Source: Protoeuglena noctilucae (taxonomy: Eukaryota). Taken from it: DNA of 64,000 nucleotides. Below are positions 11,599-25,000 of this stretch, in pieces. A program made the translations under genes and the position numbers. Location: NCBI GenBank assembly GCA_958009085.1, contig OY253686.1, forward strand, positions 186,001 through 250,000. The letters run 5' to 3'. How positions within the stretch are numbered: position 1 is the first letter of the stretch; each line of letters starts with the position of its first letter. A model generated the notes under the pieces. That model saw nothing but the letters and a program-made list of their open reading frames with translations, was not told where the DNA came from and searched no databases.

Positions 11599-14500
11599 AT
11601 GTGGGGGAAGCTTGGAAACGGTGAGAGGCTCGCCGCGGTGCGTTGTTCTGCGTTGTTCTTCCAGAGGCGCGACTTCCATCCGCTTCCTCCCCGCCTGCAG
11701 CCCTCGAGGTCTCCAAGCGCCTCCAGGGTTTCCAGGCCAACCTCTCGCAGCGCTTTCAGGATGCCGACATCGCCGGGCGGCTGACGCGGCTCGCGGGCGA
11801 ACTGGTGCAGGTCGAGCACACGCCGCAGGAGCGGCCGGAAAGCACCGGGACAGGCCGCACGGCGCAGGAGATGGCCGTAACGGCGAACGCAGTGCGCAGG
11901 CGCGGCACGGGGCCGCAATCGGCGGAGCAGCCGGCCGCACAGACGGGCGCGCAGCAGACGACGTCGAGCGTCCCTGCGGAGAGGAGCAGCGCGGCCGCGA
12001 AGGGACGCGAGGGGGGAACGGAGACCTCGCGGACGGTGGCGGGCGATGCCGGGAAGGCGGGGCGGGCGGCGGTCGACGAGGCCACGGCCGCATCGCCCGC
12101 TGCGGTGTCGCTGGCCCCAGCCTCGCCTGTGGGCCGCCAAGTGGGAAGTCAACCTGCAAAAAGGAGTGGGCAATCAAAGACAACGCAGCTGCCAGGATCG
12201 TCTGCGGATGGCGCGGCGGGCGAGGGAGTGCAGGAGGCGCTGCGAGCGGCAGAGGCGGGGCGGGCCGAGGCCGAGCGTCGCGCTGCGGAGGCGGAGGCCG
12301 CTCTGGCATCGCTGAAGCGCAAGGCGCGGAGTCTCAAGGCATCGCACGACTCGCTGAAGCGGGAGCGGGAGGCGTGGGCGGCGGCACAGGCGAGGGGGTG
12401 GGGTGGGGGTGGGGTCAGCAGAGCCGGCAGCACCTGTGCTGATTCTTCAACATTGAGAGCCCACCCCCGATGCTCTGTCGCTATGACCACCGCGACGGTA
12501 CTTCACAAAGTCTGCGACAGTGTCTCGTTTCCTGACACAGGCGGACGCGTCGCAGCTGGGCGACTTGATGAATGAGTTGGATGCGCTGCGGTCGGCGCTG
12601 CGGGAGGCGGAGGAGAGGGTGGCGGAGGGGGAGCGAGCGGCAGCAGGAGAGCGGGGTGGGGGGCGGGCGGAGGGGCGGGAAAGGGTGGAAGGCGAGGCAA
12701 GAGACGGTGTCGAATCAACGGCAGTAGTAACGAATGCGGGCAGCGGTGGGAATGGCAAGGCGTCGACTCCGGACACGGAGGGGCGGTCTGCGGCGGGGAT
12801 GGACGACGGGGGAGGGACGGTGGTGGGGGACGAGCTGCCGTGGGGTGCGGGTGCGGGGGGCGGTGAGGGCGCGGCGGCGGCGGTGCGGGTGGGGGAGCTG
12901 GAGAGGCTGCTGGGGGAGGAGCGGGTGCGTGCGGAGGCGGCTGAGGCGGCGCTTGGAGAAGCCAGAGAGCGAGAGACGAAGCTGGCGGTGCGGGTGGCAG
13001 AGATGGAGGGGGCGGTGGAGGGGGAGCGTGCGAGAGCGGAGAGGGTGGCGGTGGAGGTGGGAGAGATGGAGAGGATGCAGGAGGAGTTGGAGAGTGCGAG
13101 GGAGGAGGCAGAGGGGCTGAGGAGAGCGGAGGAGGAGGCGGGGGCGGAGGCGGCGGTGCTGAGGCAGCGGCTGGGGGATGCGGAGGTGAGTGGGGTGCCG
13201 TGTTTGAAACAATATGTGGCATATGGGTCAACAAAGATCAGTAATGTGGCGCTGGTGCTGTGCTGGCTTTCAGAAAAAGAAGAAAAAGCAGAAAAAGAAG
13301 AAAAAGCGGCAGGTGATAGTGCTTTATAACGCCACCGTTGCTTCCCTCACAGCGTCAGTTGGCGTCGCTGCGCCACGAGGCGGCGCTGCTGTCGTCGAGC
13401 CGCGACGAGGTCCGGGCAGCAGCAGCCGCAGCAGAAGGGGCGGCGGCAGAGGCGACGTTACGGTGCAGGGAGGCGGAGGAAGGGGCGCAGCAGCTGCGAG
13501 CGACGCTGGACGAAGTCGCGGAGGCGCTGGGCGCAGCGAGGGAGGCAGCGGCGGTGGCGCAGGAGGGGCGGGAGAGGGCAGAGGCGCGAGCGGCAGCGGC
13601 AGAGAGGGCGGTGGCGGAGGCAACAAGCGCAGCAGAGGAGCGGGCGGGGGAGTCCGTTGCAGCTGCGAAGGCTGCGACGGTGGCTGCGGCGGAGGAGCGG
13701 GACGCTGCGGTGGCGCGGGCGGCAGCGGCGGAGGCGGAGGTGGGGCGGCTGTCGGCAGCGTTGGCGGAGGCAGAGGCGGGGGCGGCGGTGGCTGCTGACG
13801 AGGCTCGGAGCAGCGAGCGGGCGCTGATGGCAGCGGAAGCGGCGGAGCTGCGGGTGCGGGTGGGGCAGCTGGAGCGGGCGGGGGAGGAGCGGGCAGCGCG
13901 GTTCGTGGCGGTGAAAGCAGAGTGGGAGGCGCGGGTGGGGGAGGTGCAGAGGCTGCTGGGGGAGGAGCGGGTGCGTGCGGATGCGGCGGAAGCAGCTGTA
14001 GAGGAGGCGAGGAATCAAGAGACGAAGCTGGCGGCGCGGGTGGCGGAGATGGAGGCGGCGGTGGAGGCGGGGGCACGCGGGGAGGAGGGGCGGAGGGCGG
14101 CGGAAGAGAGGGTGAGGGTTGATGTGGCTGTGCTTGCGAAGTGGGCGAGATGTGCGAGGGGGGGCTGTTCAGCAAGTCTGTTTATAGACTTCTCTGCATA
14201 TGAATTTGATTCGAGTCCCCTCACCGCCCCACAGCCCAGGTCACCTTGGCCTGACACAGAGCGCCACACCCTCCAAACCCACCCGCGTCGCCCCTCACAC
14301 CTCCCTCCTCATCCACACCCGTCCCTCTTCCAAACCCCTCTCAGGCCGAGTCCCTGTCTCGGGAAGTCGCGTCGCTGCGCGCGGCTGCGAATGCGGCAGA
14401 GGGCCGACTGGTGGAGTTGGCTGTCCTGCTGGAGGAGGAGCGGGGCGCGCGGCGAGAGGCGGAGAGGGCGGCGGAGGAGGCGAGGAGGGAAGCGGAAGAC

Positions 14501-15478
14501 GCGAGGGTGAGGGTAGTGTGGAGTCTGGGTGGTGTGTGTAGGGTGCATGCATGGCTAAAACAGCAGGGCTGGGGTGGTCCGGAGGGGTGCATACGTGTCG
14601 TAAATAAGTAACTTGCGCAGTTCACGATTGCTTCACCTCTCCTCCGGCCCCAGGCGCGTGCTCTGGAGTCCGCCGCGCCGCCTGCACCCGCTGCCACCAC
14701 CTCTGCCCCTGCCGATGTCAATGTCCATGCCGAGGATGCCTCATCAGAGGCGGAGTCGCTGCGTGTGCGACTGGCAGAGGCGGAGGCGCGGGCGGAGGTG
14801 GCGGAGGCTGCCAAGGTGGCACTGACCGTGCGATTGGCAGAGGCGATGGAGGCGAGGGGACTGGAGGGAGCCACGGCCGCGCACGCGCCCTGGGACGCGA
14901 GTGGTGCTGCGAGGGGGGCGGGCGAGGAGGGGGGGGTCCCAGTGGACGGGCGGGTGTTGGAGGTGAGGGTGGGCGGGTCTGTCTGTCCGTGTCACCGACG
15001 GTTTTGCAACAAACTGGTTGCAGCAAAGCAAAACATGGCTTTCTGTCCGCAGCTGGAGGCGCAGAACCGTGCGCTGGCGTGGCAGGTCAAGATGCTCGCA
15101 GAGCAGGCGCGGGTGGGGCAGGAGGCCGGCGCGGGTGCGGGGGCGAGAGCAAGTGCGGGTGCAGGGGTGGCGACGGCGGGGGGATTCGAACCTGGGCTGT
15201 CTGGTGCGGAGGGGCGGGAGGGGGTGGCAGCTCCTCGGGAGATCGCGATACTTGGGGATGTCACGCGGCTATGGAGGGGCGAGGTGGCGGCGCTGTGGAG
15301 TCCTGCGGCGTGGCTGGGCGGTGGGCTGGGGCTGTGGGGGCGGCGGGGTGCGGGGGCGGGCGGGGGCGAGGGAGGCGGTGATGGGGGAGTGAAGGGGGCG
15401 GGAGAGGGGCCAGGAGAGGGCGAGGGCGCGGGTGGGAGGGGGCAGGCCTCAGAAGAGGAGGTGGCGGTGATGCCTTGA
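11599..15478 (+). CDS. Long coiled-coil (Ala/Glu/Arg-rich) protein, multi-exon, with an internal duplicated segment
   Basis: MWGKLGN|ALEVSKRLQGFQANLSQRF...; successive heptad-rich exons joined in phase; RLLGEERVRA...ETKLA.RVAEME occurs twice (~12900 and ~13950). Confidence 0.65.
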
Positions 15479-15759
15479 TGTGGTGACCGTGGCTATCGAC
15501 GACCATTTCGTTGCATCATTACGTTCGACCTTGTTTGCCATGGTACGGTGCGCATGTCTCGTGATTGTGCCGGTTGCTGCAACGCTGGCGCTGCTTGCCT
15601 TGAGTGCTTCGATAGGCAGGGATGCCGCGCAATGCTGGAAAGGGAATGGCATTGTGCGCATATGCAAGACATGCAGATGGCTCAATAGGCCATGCGACAG
15701 GCCGTCATATTTTCAAGCACGAAACAGGCGATGTCGTCCACAACTGGTGACGCCAAACA

Positions 15760-16450
15760 TTACAGCACGTAATTCCAAAGGTCCAGAGCGAGCTTGTGAG
15801 TTTCCTCCGGAGTAAAGCGCTGAGCGTGGCGGTTGTACATAGCCTCGACCAGGCGCTGGGACCGCCCCGCCAAGCCTGACTCCCCCTTCCCCTCCGAAAG
15901 TGCTCTGGCCAAGTCAGGCATCCACGTCCACAGCTCGCACGGCACCTCTCGCCACTGGGGCTTCTCGGCCGACGCAGCCCTGGGCGTCCCGTGCTTCAGC
16001 AGTGGTTGCAGGCAAGGCTGCCCGCTCGCCGAGCCAGGCACACTCACCACGTGCATCGCCACCTGGGCCTTCTTGGCACGCTTGCGGGCCGGCGGGAGCT
16101 GTGGCTCGGGCTCGGGCTCAGGCAACGCGGCGCGCTTCCTCCCGCGCCCTCCGCTGCGCCCGGCTGCCGCCTGCGCGGCCCCGCCGTCAGTCGCCGTCCC
16201 CGCCTCCGTCGCCTCCGTCCCCGCCGTCTTCATCGCCGACCGCGTCCTGGCCGGCATCGCGCACGCGGGACCGCTACGCTCCCGCTGCAGCCAGCACCCG
16301 CACCCGAGGACGTCGCGCAGCCGCTCCGGACGCGCCCCGGGACGACGCGCGCACCACGCAGCCGACGATACAGCCGCCGCGAGGCTCCCACTCACCTGCC
16401 GGGCCCCGCGCGCGCGGGATGCGAGCTCCAACTGACCCTCGGGCTGCGGC
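15760..16450 (-). pseudogene. Truncated paralogue of the F-box/XPA-like gene (5' flank, exon 1 and F-box-like remnant)
   Basis: GGRGRKRAALPEPEPEPQLPPARKRAKK..MHV|GT versus GGRGKKRAASPESESEPEPEPEPAPARKRARK..MRV|GT; flank 16360-16445 resembles 6070-6155; WREVPCELW is F-box-like. Confidence 0.6.
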
Positions 16451-16775
16451 CCCACGCAGCTGTCGATGCGACGCGAGGACGGTCCGCGGACCTCCGATGT
16501 ACGACTGCCACGCGGCGGGCGCCGTCGGGATCATGACGGCGTCGGTACACGGCCCGCGCAGGAAGTGCTGGTGCGGCCACCTGCGTCAGAGACCGGCAGC
16601 GCCGCGCAGGGTCGACGCGGGGAGGCGGGGAGGCGCGAGAGGCAGGGACGGAGGCGTGAGGCTTCAAGATGGCTCAAGCTGCGGCAGCCATCGCGGAGGA
16701 CGGCACTGCAATGCGGATCGTGCACTGAACAAATGAGCAGAATCCTGCTGACGAGAGAACTCGAGCCCTTGATCG

Positions 16776-17239
16776 CTATGTGAACTCCCACGGCTGTCTG
16801 TGGGCGCGGCGGCGACGAGAGCAGCCGTTCCCGGCACCACCCAGCGCCAACGCTTTGCGCTCGACCCTGTACGCGCTCCTGGTCCTGCCCACTAACCTGC
16901 AGAGTGGGCACTGCGCCTGCTCAGCCCCCTGCGATGTCAGCCACTTGTTGATGCACGGCAGGTGAAAGGGATGGTTGCACTTGCCCCACACGACGGGGCA
17001 GTCGTCACCGGGAAACTTGATGTCCAGCGGAGCTGCGTGTGCGGAAATTTGCGAGTGCGACCATGGATGGCGGACGTGCAGTTCGCACTGCTTCACCTAA
17101 CGGCAAGGTCTGCGGTACACCTGCGCCCCCCACCTTGGTCGAAGGGCATGTGGCAGATGCCGCACACGTCATCGCCCGCTGCCCACGTCCACGCCGCGAC
17201 GCCCTGCCATCGCTTGATCTTAACCTTCCACGTCCCCAT
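16776..17239 (-). CDS. APC11: Anaphase-promoting complex subunit 11 (RING-H2), 3 exons
   Basis: [67 protein letters not shown]. Confidence 0.95.
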
Positions 17240-17571
17240 TAAAGCATTCTCCAGCGCAGCGACCGGACGGCGACGCAGCGGCGAGCAGGGACGGTCCCAA
17301 CAGCAGCAGGTAGCTTCTCTAGCTTCTCTCGTTGATCTTACAGCGCGTGTGCTGGGCACTACAGAAGGATACTTGCCACCCGCAATTTGAGGCCGACGAT
17401 CTCCCTCAGCAGGCCTCACCAACCGGCAAGCGACCCTCCTGGCGCCATGCTGACAGGCCCCCGGGCTTGAAGCATCGTCTGATTGGAGCATTGCAAGGCG
17501 CGACGCATCGCTGTTGGTTCAATTGCACCGCCAAGCGAGTGCTGAGGGCTCCGCGGCGACCAGTGACGGGG

Positions 17572-19301
17572 ATGGTGCAGGATGCGCAAGACGAGCAACA
17601 CGACGCCCTCCTGAGCCGGTGAGGCGCTCGTTCGCCCTCCCATCGCGGCTGTGACTTTGGCCAAACATAACGCAATGTCTGCCACTTCCAATGCGCAGGA
17701 CGCTGTTGCACCGCGACATCACAGAGCTCGTCCTGCAGTGGGTTGCGAGTTCGGACACGGCCGCGGACGATCTCGTCTCCTGCTTCGCCGTATGCAAGGT
17801 CTGGCGTGACGTTTTCCTGGAAGGTGAGGCTCGACCCCCAATCGCGGCTGGGAGATTGATAAATGCTGGGCCTTAACCACCCATAGCTCGCATCCCCGCA
17901 GCGTCCTTCTACGAGCGCGCGACCGAGCAAATCCTCCACCGCCACGGCTACGTGCCCGCGCGCCACGCGTCGAGCCCGGCGGAGGACCCCCCGCAGCTGC
18001 GGAGGCGGCTCTTGGCCGCAGCTGGGGCCACGACCCGCGCCTTTCTGTTCGGCGCAGAGGTCTGCTCGCTCTTGTGGGAGCAGCCCGGATGCCGCTGCGG
18101 GCTGGGCCCCCCACCTCCGCCGGCGGCCACGGCAAGCAGCGGCGATGAGGACGCGGAGGGCTCGTTGCGGCGGATGCTGGGAGCCCTCCTGCCAGCCGGG
18201 GCGCGCCACACCTCGCGGCACGCGGGATGCGTCGCGGAGCAGGCGGGGGCGCGGCTGGCGGAGCACGCTGGGGAGGCCACGGGCGGCCGCTGCGGTGGCG
18301 GGTTGGTGGGGTCGAGCCACGGTGCGAAGTCGGTGCAGGGACGCACGTTGATGCTCCTCCCGCACGGCAAGGCGCTGTCGCTGATGCCTGAGATGGGCGT
18401 CCTCCCGGTGCGGCGTTGGAGGGAGGATGAGGGCGCGGCGGAGTTTGTGCCAGGCAGCGGGTGCGTGCGCGGGTGTGGGGGCGCGTGGGTGGGTGATGAG
18501 ACGTGGCCTGACACGGGGACCTTTGAGGATGGGGTGCAGGCTGCTGTGACAGATAGGCGGTGAGCAGGTCCGTTTCTCACGCCATAGTCGCCTCAGAATC
18601 GGCGCCCTCCCGCCTCTCGCAGGACGCGAGTGCGGTGGGCCCGCCTGCCTCTGCGCATGACGCGCTGGGGGGTGCCCCGTGGTGCGCGAGGCGACGACCC
18701 CGTGCAGAGCATGCGCGTGTTTTGGAGCGGGGACGTGCCAGAGGACTTTGCGCTGCGGAGGGCCCGCCGGCCGGAGCGGTGCGGGGTTTGCGGGCTGCTG
18801 CGGGAGGGGCCGGGGTCTGGGGTGGAGGACTGGGCGATGGTGGGGAGCACGGGGGCGGTGTTTTGGGCGGCGGAGACGCCGGCGTCAAAGGACGTGGGGA
18901 CATGGATGGAGGCGAGGGGTGTGGACATGCGGGGCGAAGGTGCGTGGTGTGGGGTGGGATGAGGCAGGTGGAGGTGCGTGGGGTGAGGTGAGTGACGTAA
19001 TGCATGGTGGAGCCGTGGGTAGTAGCGACGGGGTAGGTGTAGCATCGCGGCGTGGTCACTCGCTGGTCACTCGCTGGTCACTCGCTGCCCTTGCATGCTT
19101 GCAGGTCCGCCGTTTGCGGTGCCGGTGGGCCTGGCGCAGCACTGGACGCTGGAGCACGGGAGTTGTCCGCTGGAGCCCTCGCAGTGGGCTCTGGCGGAGG
19201 TGGTGGTGAGCGAGGGGGAGGGGTGCAGGGTGCGCTTGCTAGTGCCCACGCTCAGCCTGGCGTGGAGTGCGGTGGGGAGCGGAGTGGGTGAGGACGATTG
19301 A
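17572..19301 (+). CDS. F-box-like hypothetical protein, multi-exon
   Basis: LHRDITELVLQWV...DLVSCFAVCKVWRDVF (F-box-like), followed by in-phase GT-AG exons. Confidence 0.5.
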
Positions 19302-19500
19302 ACGTGCGCGGCCGGAAAAATGATAATGAAACGAGGAAAACATACCGATCGGAGCAAATGGCTATTGGACGTATGTTAAGCGCAAACAAAGTGGCGCGCG
19401 GTCTGCAGGACGTATGCGCCCGGAAATCGGCCGTCCTAAGAAAGTGTATGGCTGCTTAGAGAGATAGAGAGAGGAGGAGTGCTGCCTTAGTTGTGTGAAA

Positions 19501-21080
19501 TCAGGGGCTTGCAGTCCGAGTGTCGGTGGCCGCGCCATCGCCAATGTCGGTGCCCCGCATCGCTCGCGCCATCCCGTTGTACATGTCTGCCAGCTTTCTG
19601 CGACCGAAACGGAGCCAATATGTTCGGCACTCGGTGACATAGCACCACCGAGCTGACCAGCATACAGCCAGGTGCCTGCAGCACAAAGGAGAGCCTACCC
19701 CGTGCCTCACCTGTATGTTGCCTCGCAAGCGGCAGCCATCCAGGCCCCCCCAGAATTCTGAGAAAGGGTCATGGCCACGTGGACCTCCTCGCACGCGGTC
19801 CTCAGGACCGGCTGCGCCAGTCGCTCTCCGTCCCGCTCCCGCCGCAGCACGTAAACGTGGTACAGCACGGCACCCAGCTCGTAATGGCCCATGGGGTCGC
19901 CCGGGCACTCGTCCACACGCCGCTTCACCTCCCTGCCCTCCTTGCACACCTGGGCGAGCGTGGCCGCCATGGTGGAAGGCGGTTGCCTGGGCAGCAACCG
20001 TGGGCCCGCCGATGCCTTGCTGTACGACAGTCGCACATCAGCAGCGGCCATGCGAGCGTCGATGGATGCGATCCGCCGCATGATCTCCGCGGACCGCTGA
20101 ATGGCTTTTGGATCCACGGCCAGGCCCCGTGCAGTGCCGTTGCTGTTGTTGCTGCTGCTGATGGCCCCCGCCGTCGTCGCCTTTGTCGCTGTTGACTCAT
20201 TCGCGCCCAGGGGCCCAGGGCAAGCTTCCGCTGGTGTTTTCTCGGCTTCTTTTGGCCGTGCCGCTGAGACCTCGCTGCCACACTTGCCGCCGTCGCTCTT
20301 GTCGCGTCCATCCACCACCGTCATCGACAGGCTCGTGATGGCCATGCCGCCCTCGCCTCCTGCACAGGAAGCAAGGCCGATGCATCTAATGACGTTTCAC
20401 ACATCAACTGTCTTGCTGCAGGCCTCCTGAGTCACCATCTAGGCCCCTCTTGCCTCACTGGACACCCGCAGCTCGGTCATCGGCTCTCACCCTGTGGCGC
20501 CATCGAGCACTTGGCGTACAGCACGATTTTCCTCCCGCCCGTCGGTGCCTTGGCGAGGGCCATGAGCATGACGCTGGCTGACTTGTCGGCGTGGTTGTCG
20601 TACGATGCCACGACCTTCCTTTCATCCGACGCCGCGGGGAGCTCCACCTGGGCCAGGGATTTGCGCAGCACGCTCGGGATGTCTGCGTGTCACGACATAG
20701 AGGTCGAGTCATCGATAATTCGGACAGGGCGAGTTGCTGGACATGTGCGGCACGCCGCATGTGCGTGCACGCAACAGGTCATCGTGACAAGCAGGGGCTA
20801 GCCGGCTCTGCCTGCGACACAGGGACTCCACCCTCAAGGTGTGCACTCTGCCAGCCACCCGCGTCCCTTGCCTTTCGCTTCCAATGCCCTCTGCAAAATC
20901 GCCTTGTTCCCGGCATGGGTGAGCACCTCTGCGGTGGCTGCCGCCGCGAAGTAGCCCGCAAGCACGGCGTCCGCCTCGCCCGCGGAGGCCGCAGCCAGGG
21001 CCTTCTGCGATGCGGAACTAGGCAATACGATAAGCTCGACCTGGCTGACAGGGGATACTGCAGAGCACGCTATCGTCATG
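19501..21080 (-). CDS. Hypothetical protein, multi-exon, one TPR-like segment; boundaries approximate
   Basis: Open exons at 20834-21080, 20490-20680 and 19710-20370 (DPMGHYELGAVLYHVY). Confidence 0.3.
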
Positions 21081-22043
21081 CCATCGTCATGCTGCAGTTG
21101 CCGCCTGCCCGCGCCGCACCAGCAAATGCTCCGTGCACTTGGTGAGCGTGGGTATGAGGTGTCCCTGCTCGCGCAGGCGCTCGCGGAGGCGCTCCCGCTT
21201 GCCGTCCAGCGAGCGCAGCGTTGTTGCATGCCCCAATGCCCCTGCGCGCGAGGGTTTAGCGGTTCACACTCAGGGGTACGATTTTATCTCCAATAAATAA
21301 TGAAGTTGCGATTGGCGTTGATAAATGTCGCGATCAGCTCTCGGGCGAGTAGTTTCGAGGGAGAGCACACTATCCCAATTGTAGCACAGTGGGTGCGCGC
21401 GGGCGTCGGGATGCGTTCTATCGCCACGCGGCTTTCCATTCTTTTACTCACGAGAATGCAGGGCCTTGCGAACTTCGCGAACAATCGAGTCGGGGACTCG
21501 CGGGGTCGTCATTTGTGGGCCACGCTTCCGGGAGACGGTTCGCGCGAATGCGCCCTGACGAGGGCCCCTGGAACTGACAGGGAAAGGAGTGAAAGGGATT
21601 TGCTGTCTATGAGGCAGCGAAGGCTCGACGTGGGCTCTTGGACAGCCACTGGCTGCGTCCGTCTGCCGGACAGACGCCTGCCGCCAGTTTCACGCCAGAT
21701 TCAATGTGTGTGACGAGCACTTGTTCGCTTGCGATTGACACAGTATTGGCGTGTAGCTGATAGGTCTGGCCACTGGACGGCGAGAGCAACAATGGCCGGC
21801 ATTCGACAATTCAATCGCCCCAACGCAGCATCTGCCATTGACGAGCGCGCTGCCATGCAAACACTGCCCTATCGCAGAGAATGGAACCCAGCGCGGCTCG
21901 CTGCGACACCGGGCAAGGCAGGCAGGAAGAGAGCAGGCGTGCGAGCATGCGACATCGCCACTGCACACCGCGTCACACGAGCGCTATGATGTAGGAGTGG
22001 CAGGCGGATGTGGCATGCGGGCACGTGTGGTAGACCCATCCCT

Positions 22044-25000
22044 TCACACGAGCGACGTGTTGTAGGAGTGGCAGGCGGGGCACTTGTGGTAGACGAAGTG
22101 GAAGGGTGCGGTGCCGTCTGCGCCGCAGTCGTTGCAGTGGATGGACTGCGTCTGGGCCCGGAAGGAGTGGGGCATGGCCAGGCGCTCCTGCAAGGGGGGG
22201 TGGAGGAGCAAGGAAGGAGTTGTTCTTACTTCTGTCTGCAAAGTTGTAGAGAGAATGCTCCATGATTGTGACAGCTATATGATCATACGATTACATGGCA
22301 GTAACAGTTACAAGCGATGATCGAACAAACTGCCTAGGGCCGGGCAGGGACTGTGCTGCGGCGTCCGCATCAGCACCCAGCTGGGCGTCACCCATCGCAT
22401 GTCACCTGCGCGAGGATGGCGTCGATCATTCGGAAGTACATGGCCATGTCGCCCACGCTCTTCTTGCACAGGGGGCACTGGTACGAGTGGCGGGTGAGGT
22501 CCCCGAAGCACGACAGGTGCAGGAAGTGGCCGCAGGGGAGCTCCTTCACGGGCTGGGGAGGGAGAGAGAGGGGAGAGGGTAAGATAAGACGCCTGTTATT
22601 TGCTGTGACAGGTAGGGTCCAGCAGTAAGGTTTTGTGTCGATGCTGTTGACTGCCACATCACACACGCTCGGTACCCCCTCACCTGTGCGGACTCGAACA
22701 GGCGCTAGTGGCACACATGCTCGTTGCCACTCTCACCTGTGCGGACTCGACCAGCTGCCGCAATCCACACACACCACATCGCATCCTTCCTTCTCACTAA
22801 TCACCTGTGCGGACTCGAACAAATGCCACATTTCACACATTCACTCTGTAATGTGCCCCCATCCCTCACCTGTGCCGACTCGAACAGGTGCTCGTGGCAG
22901 ACGGGGCAGTCGGACTCGAGGGCATTCTCCCGGCACTTGTGGCGGCGGAACAGGCCCATGCTCATGCAGCTGTTGCACTGCGGGGAGGTGTGAGGAGATG
23001 CGAGCGTCAAGACCCATTCGCCTTGACACAACACACGCGCAGCCAAACATACATCAAATGCCACCAGCCCCACCAACCCACTCCACTCTAACTCCTCCCC
23101 CTCAAGCATCACCACCCACCCCACCAAGCCCACTCCATCACCACCCCTCACCCTCCCGCACTACCACCCACCCACCTCCCCACACCCCTCCTCACCCTCA
23201 TGCAATGGAAGAAGTCCACCCCCAGCCCCTTCCCCCTCCGGCACACATTGCAGAAGGGGCAGTGGTAGATGTCCCGTCCAGGAGTGTCGTCCAGCAAGTG
23301 GCAGATGTCGCAGTAGTAGCGCGAGACGGGGACATTACACGACGAGCACTGGGGGCCCACGGAGCCCGCCACGCCGCAACGCATGCACCTGTAGTAAAAG
23401 GGGGGGTGGAGAGTGAGGGATTCGAGTGAAATTGTGTGATGAATGGTGGGTGGATGATGGTGCACCTCATGCACCTGAGTGTCTGTCCACCCATGACCCC
23501 ATGCATTATCCCCATTACCCCCTCCAGCCACTCACCTCATCTCCCGCACCGCGTATCTGTCCATCACGTGGTCCTCCGCCTCGTCGTGGCACTGCCGGCA
23601 CGTGTACACCCTCCCGCAGCAAGGTGCCACCAACTGCGCACCCCGCGCGTAGTGCGCGCAACCCAGCACCCCACCCTCCCTGTCATGCCACGTCACCGCC
23701 TCCGATCCCGGCCCTGGCCCCGCACCCTCGGCCCTGTCACCCCCCACACCCCCGCCCTTGTCACACCCCTCGCACCCCCGCCCGCCCTCCGCGCCCCACC
23801 CTCGCACCCCAGCCCCGCCCAGCCCCGACTCAGGGGAAGGCGATACCCCCAATGTCGTGCGATCGTCGCGGGAGGCACCCACGCTGCTGCCGGCGCCCGC
23901 GGAGGGAGTGCCCGGGGCAGAGGGGGCAGAGACGTGGGCGTGGAAGGGCGAACCACGCATGCGGACCTGGGGGAGAGGGTGGTGGGTGTGGGTGGGGGTG
24001 CAATATGGGTAGATGGGGGGTGCATGGGTTGTGGGTAGGTTGGGGTGGCATTCCACACAGCACCCGACGTGCCCCACAATCATCATCACCACCGCATCCA
24101 CCCCATGTGCCCCTCACCTGTTGCGCCACGATGTACCGTGCCGCCATGAGGTTCTGCATCAGGTACGCCCTCCTCTGCTCGTCCAGCTCGGGGTCCTTGG
24201 TCATGCGGCGCACGGCAGCCTCCAACTGAGGGAGAGGAACGAGATGTGAGTTGTCAGACATTGCAATATTACTTGTTATTTGATTACGCGTGTAATGCGA
24301 TGATAATATACAAGTTGCCGCCCATATCACATACCCATCACACACCCAGCCCTTGGCTCCACATCCACAAGCACCACCACCACCACCCGCGCACCTGCTG
24401 CTGAGTCATGCAGAACAGATCACACGCAACACCCATCCACCCGCAACCACACCCCCGCACCTGCTGCTGAGTCATGCGGAACAGATCCTCCCATCCCGGC
24501 TGGAATGCCCTGCGATCCTCCACCACCCCCGCCACCTCCCCTCTCGCCACCTGCCGCGCCACACCCCTCCGCACACCCCCACCCCCACCGCCACCACCAC
24601 CCCCCTGCCCCCCACTCTCCACGCCCCCGACCCCACCAACCCCACCACTCGTCCCCCCACGCAAGTAATCCGCCACGTCCCGCAACCGCTCCATCTCCCC
24701 CCCATCCCCCGCCCCAGCTCCCGCGCCCCCCACGTCCCGCACCCTCTCTCTCCCCTCTCCCTCCCCATCCCCCGCCCCCGCCACTCCCACCCCGCTCGGC
24801 CCCTCTTGGTCTGATGCGCCCCCCCGCCCCTCCATGCTGTGTGATGCCCTGTGGACGCCCCTCCGCCCATCCATCACGGCGTCCAGCCACCTGTCGAAAC
24901 GCGTGTTCTTGGCAACCTGTGGGGGTCAGAGACAACAAAGGAGATAAGACATGTGATGTTTGTGTTCAGATGTTTTAGATAGGCTAGATTTGCATGAGCT

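Noticed and set aside
12503..14175. Long Pro-rich extensin-like ORFs on the minus strand
   Set aside because: Antisense shadow of the Glu/Ala-rich coiled-coil exons.
22680..22890. Four spaced ~20-nt repeats resembling a mini CRISPR array
   Set aside because: Irregular spacing, eukaryotic intron, repeats are copies of the exon/donor junction, no cas genes.
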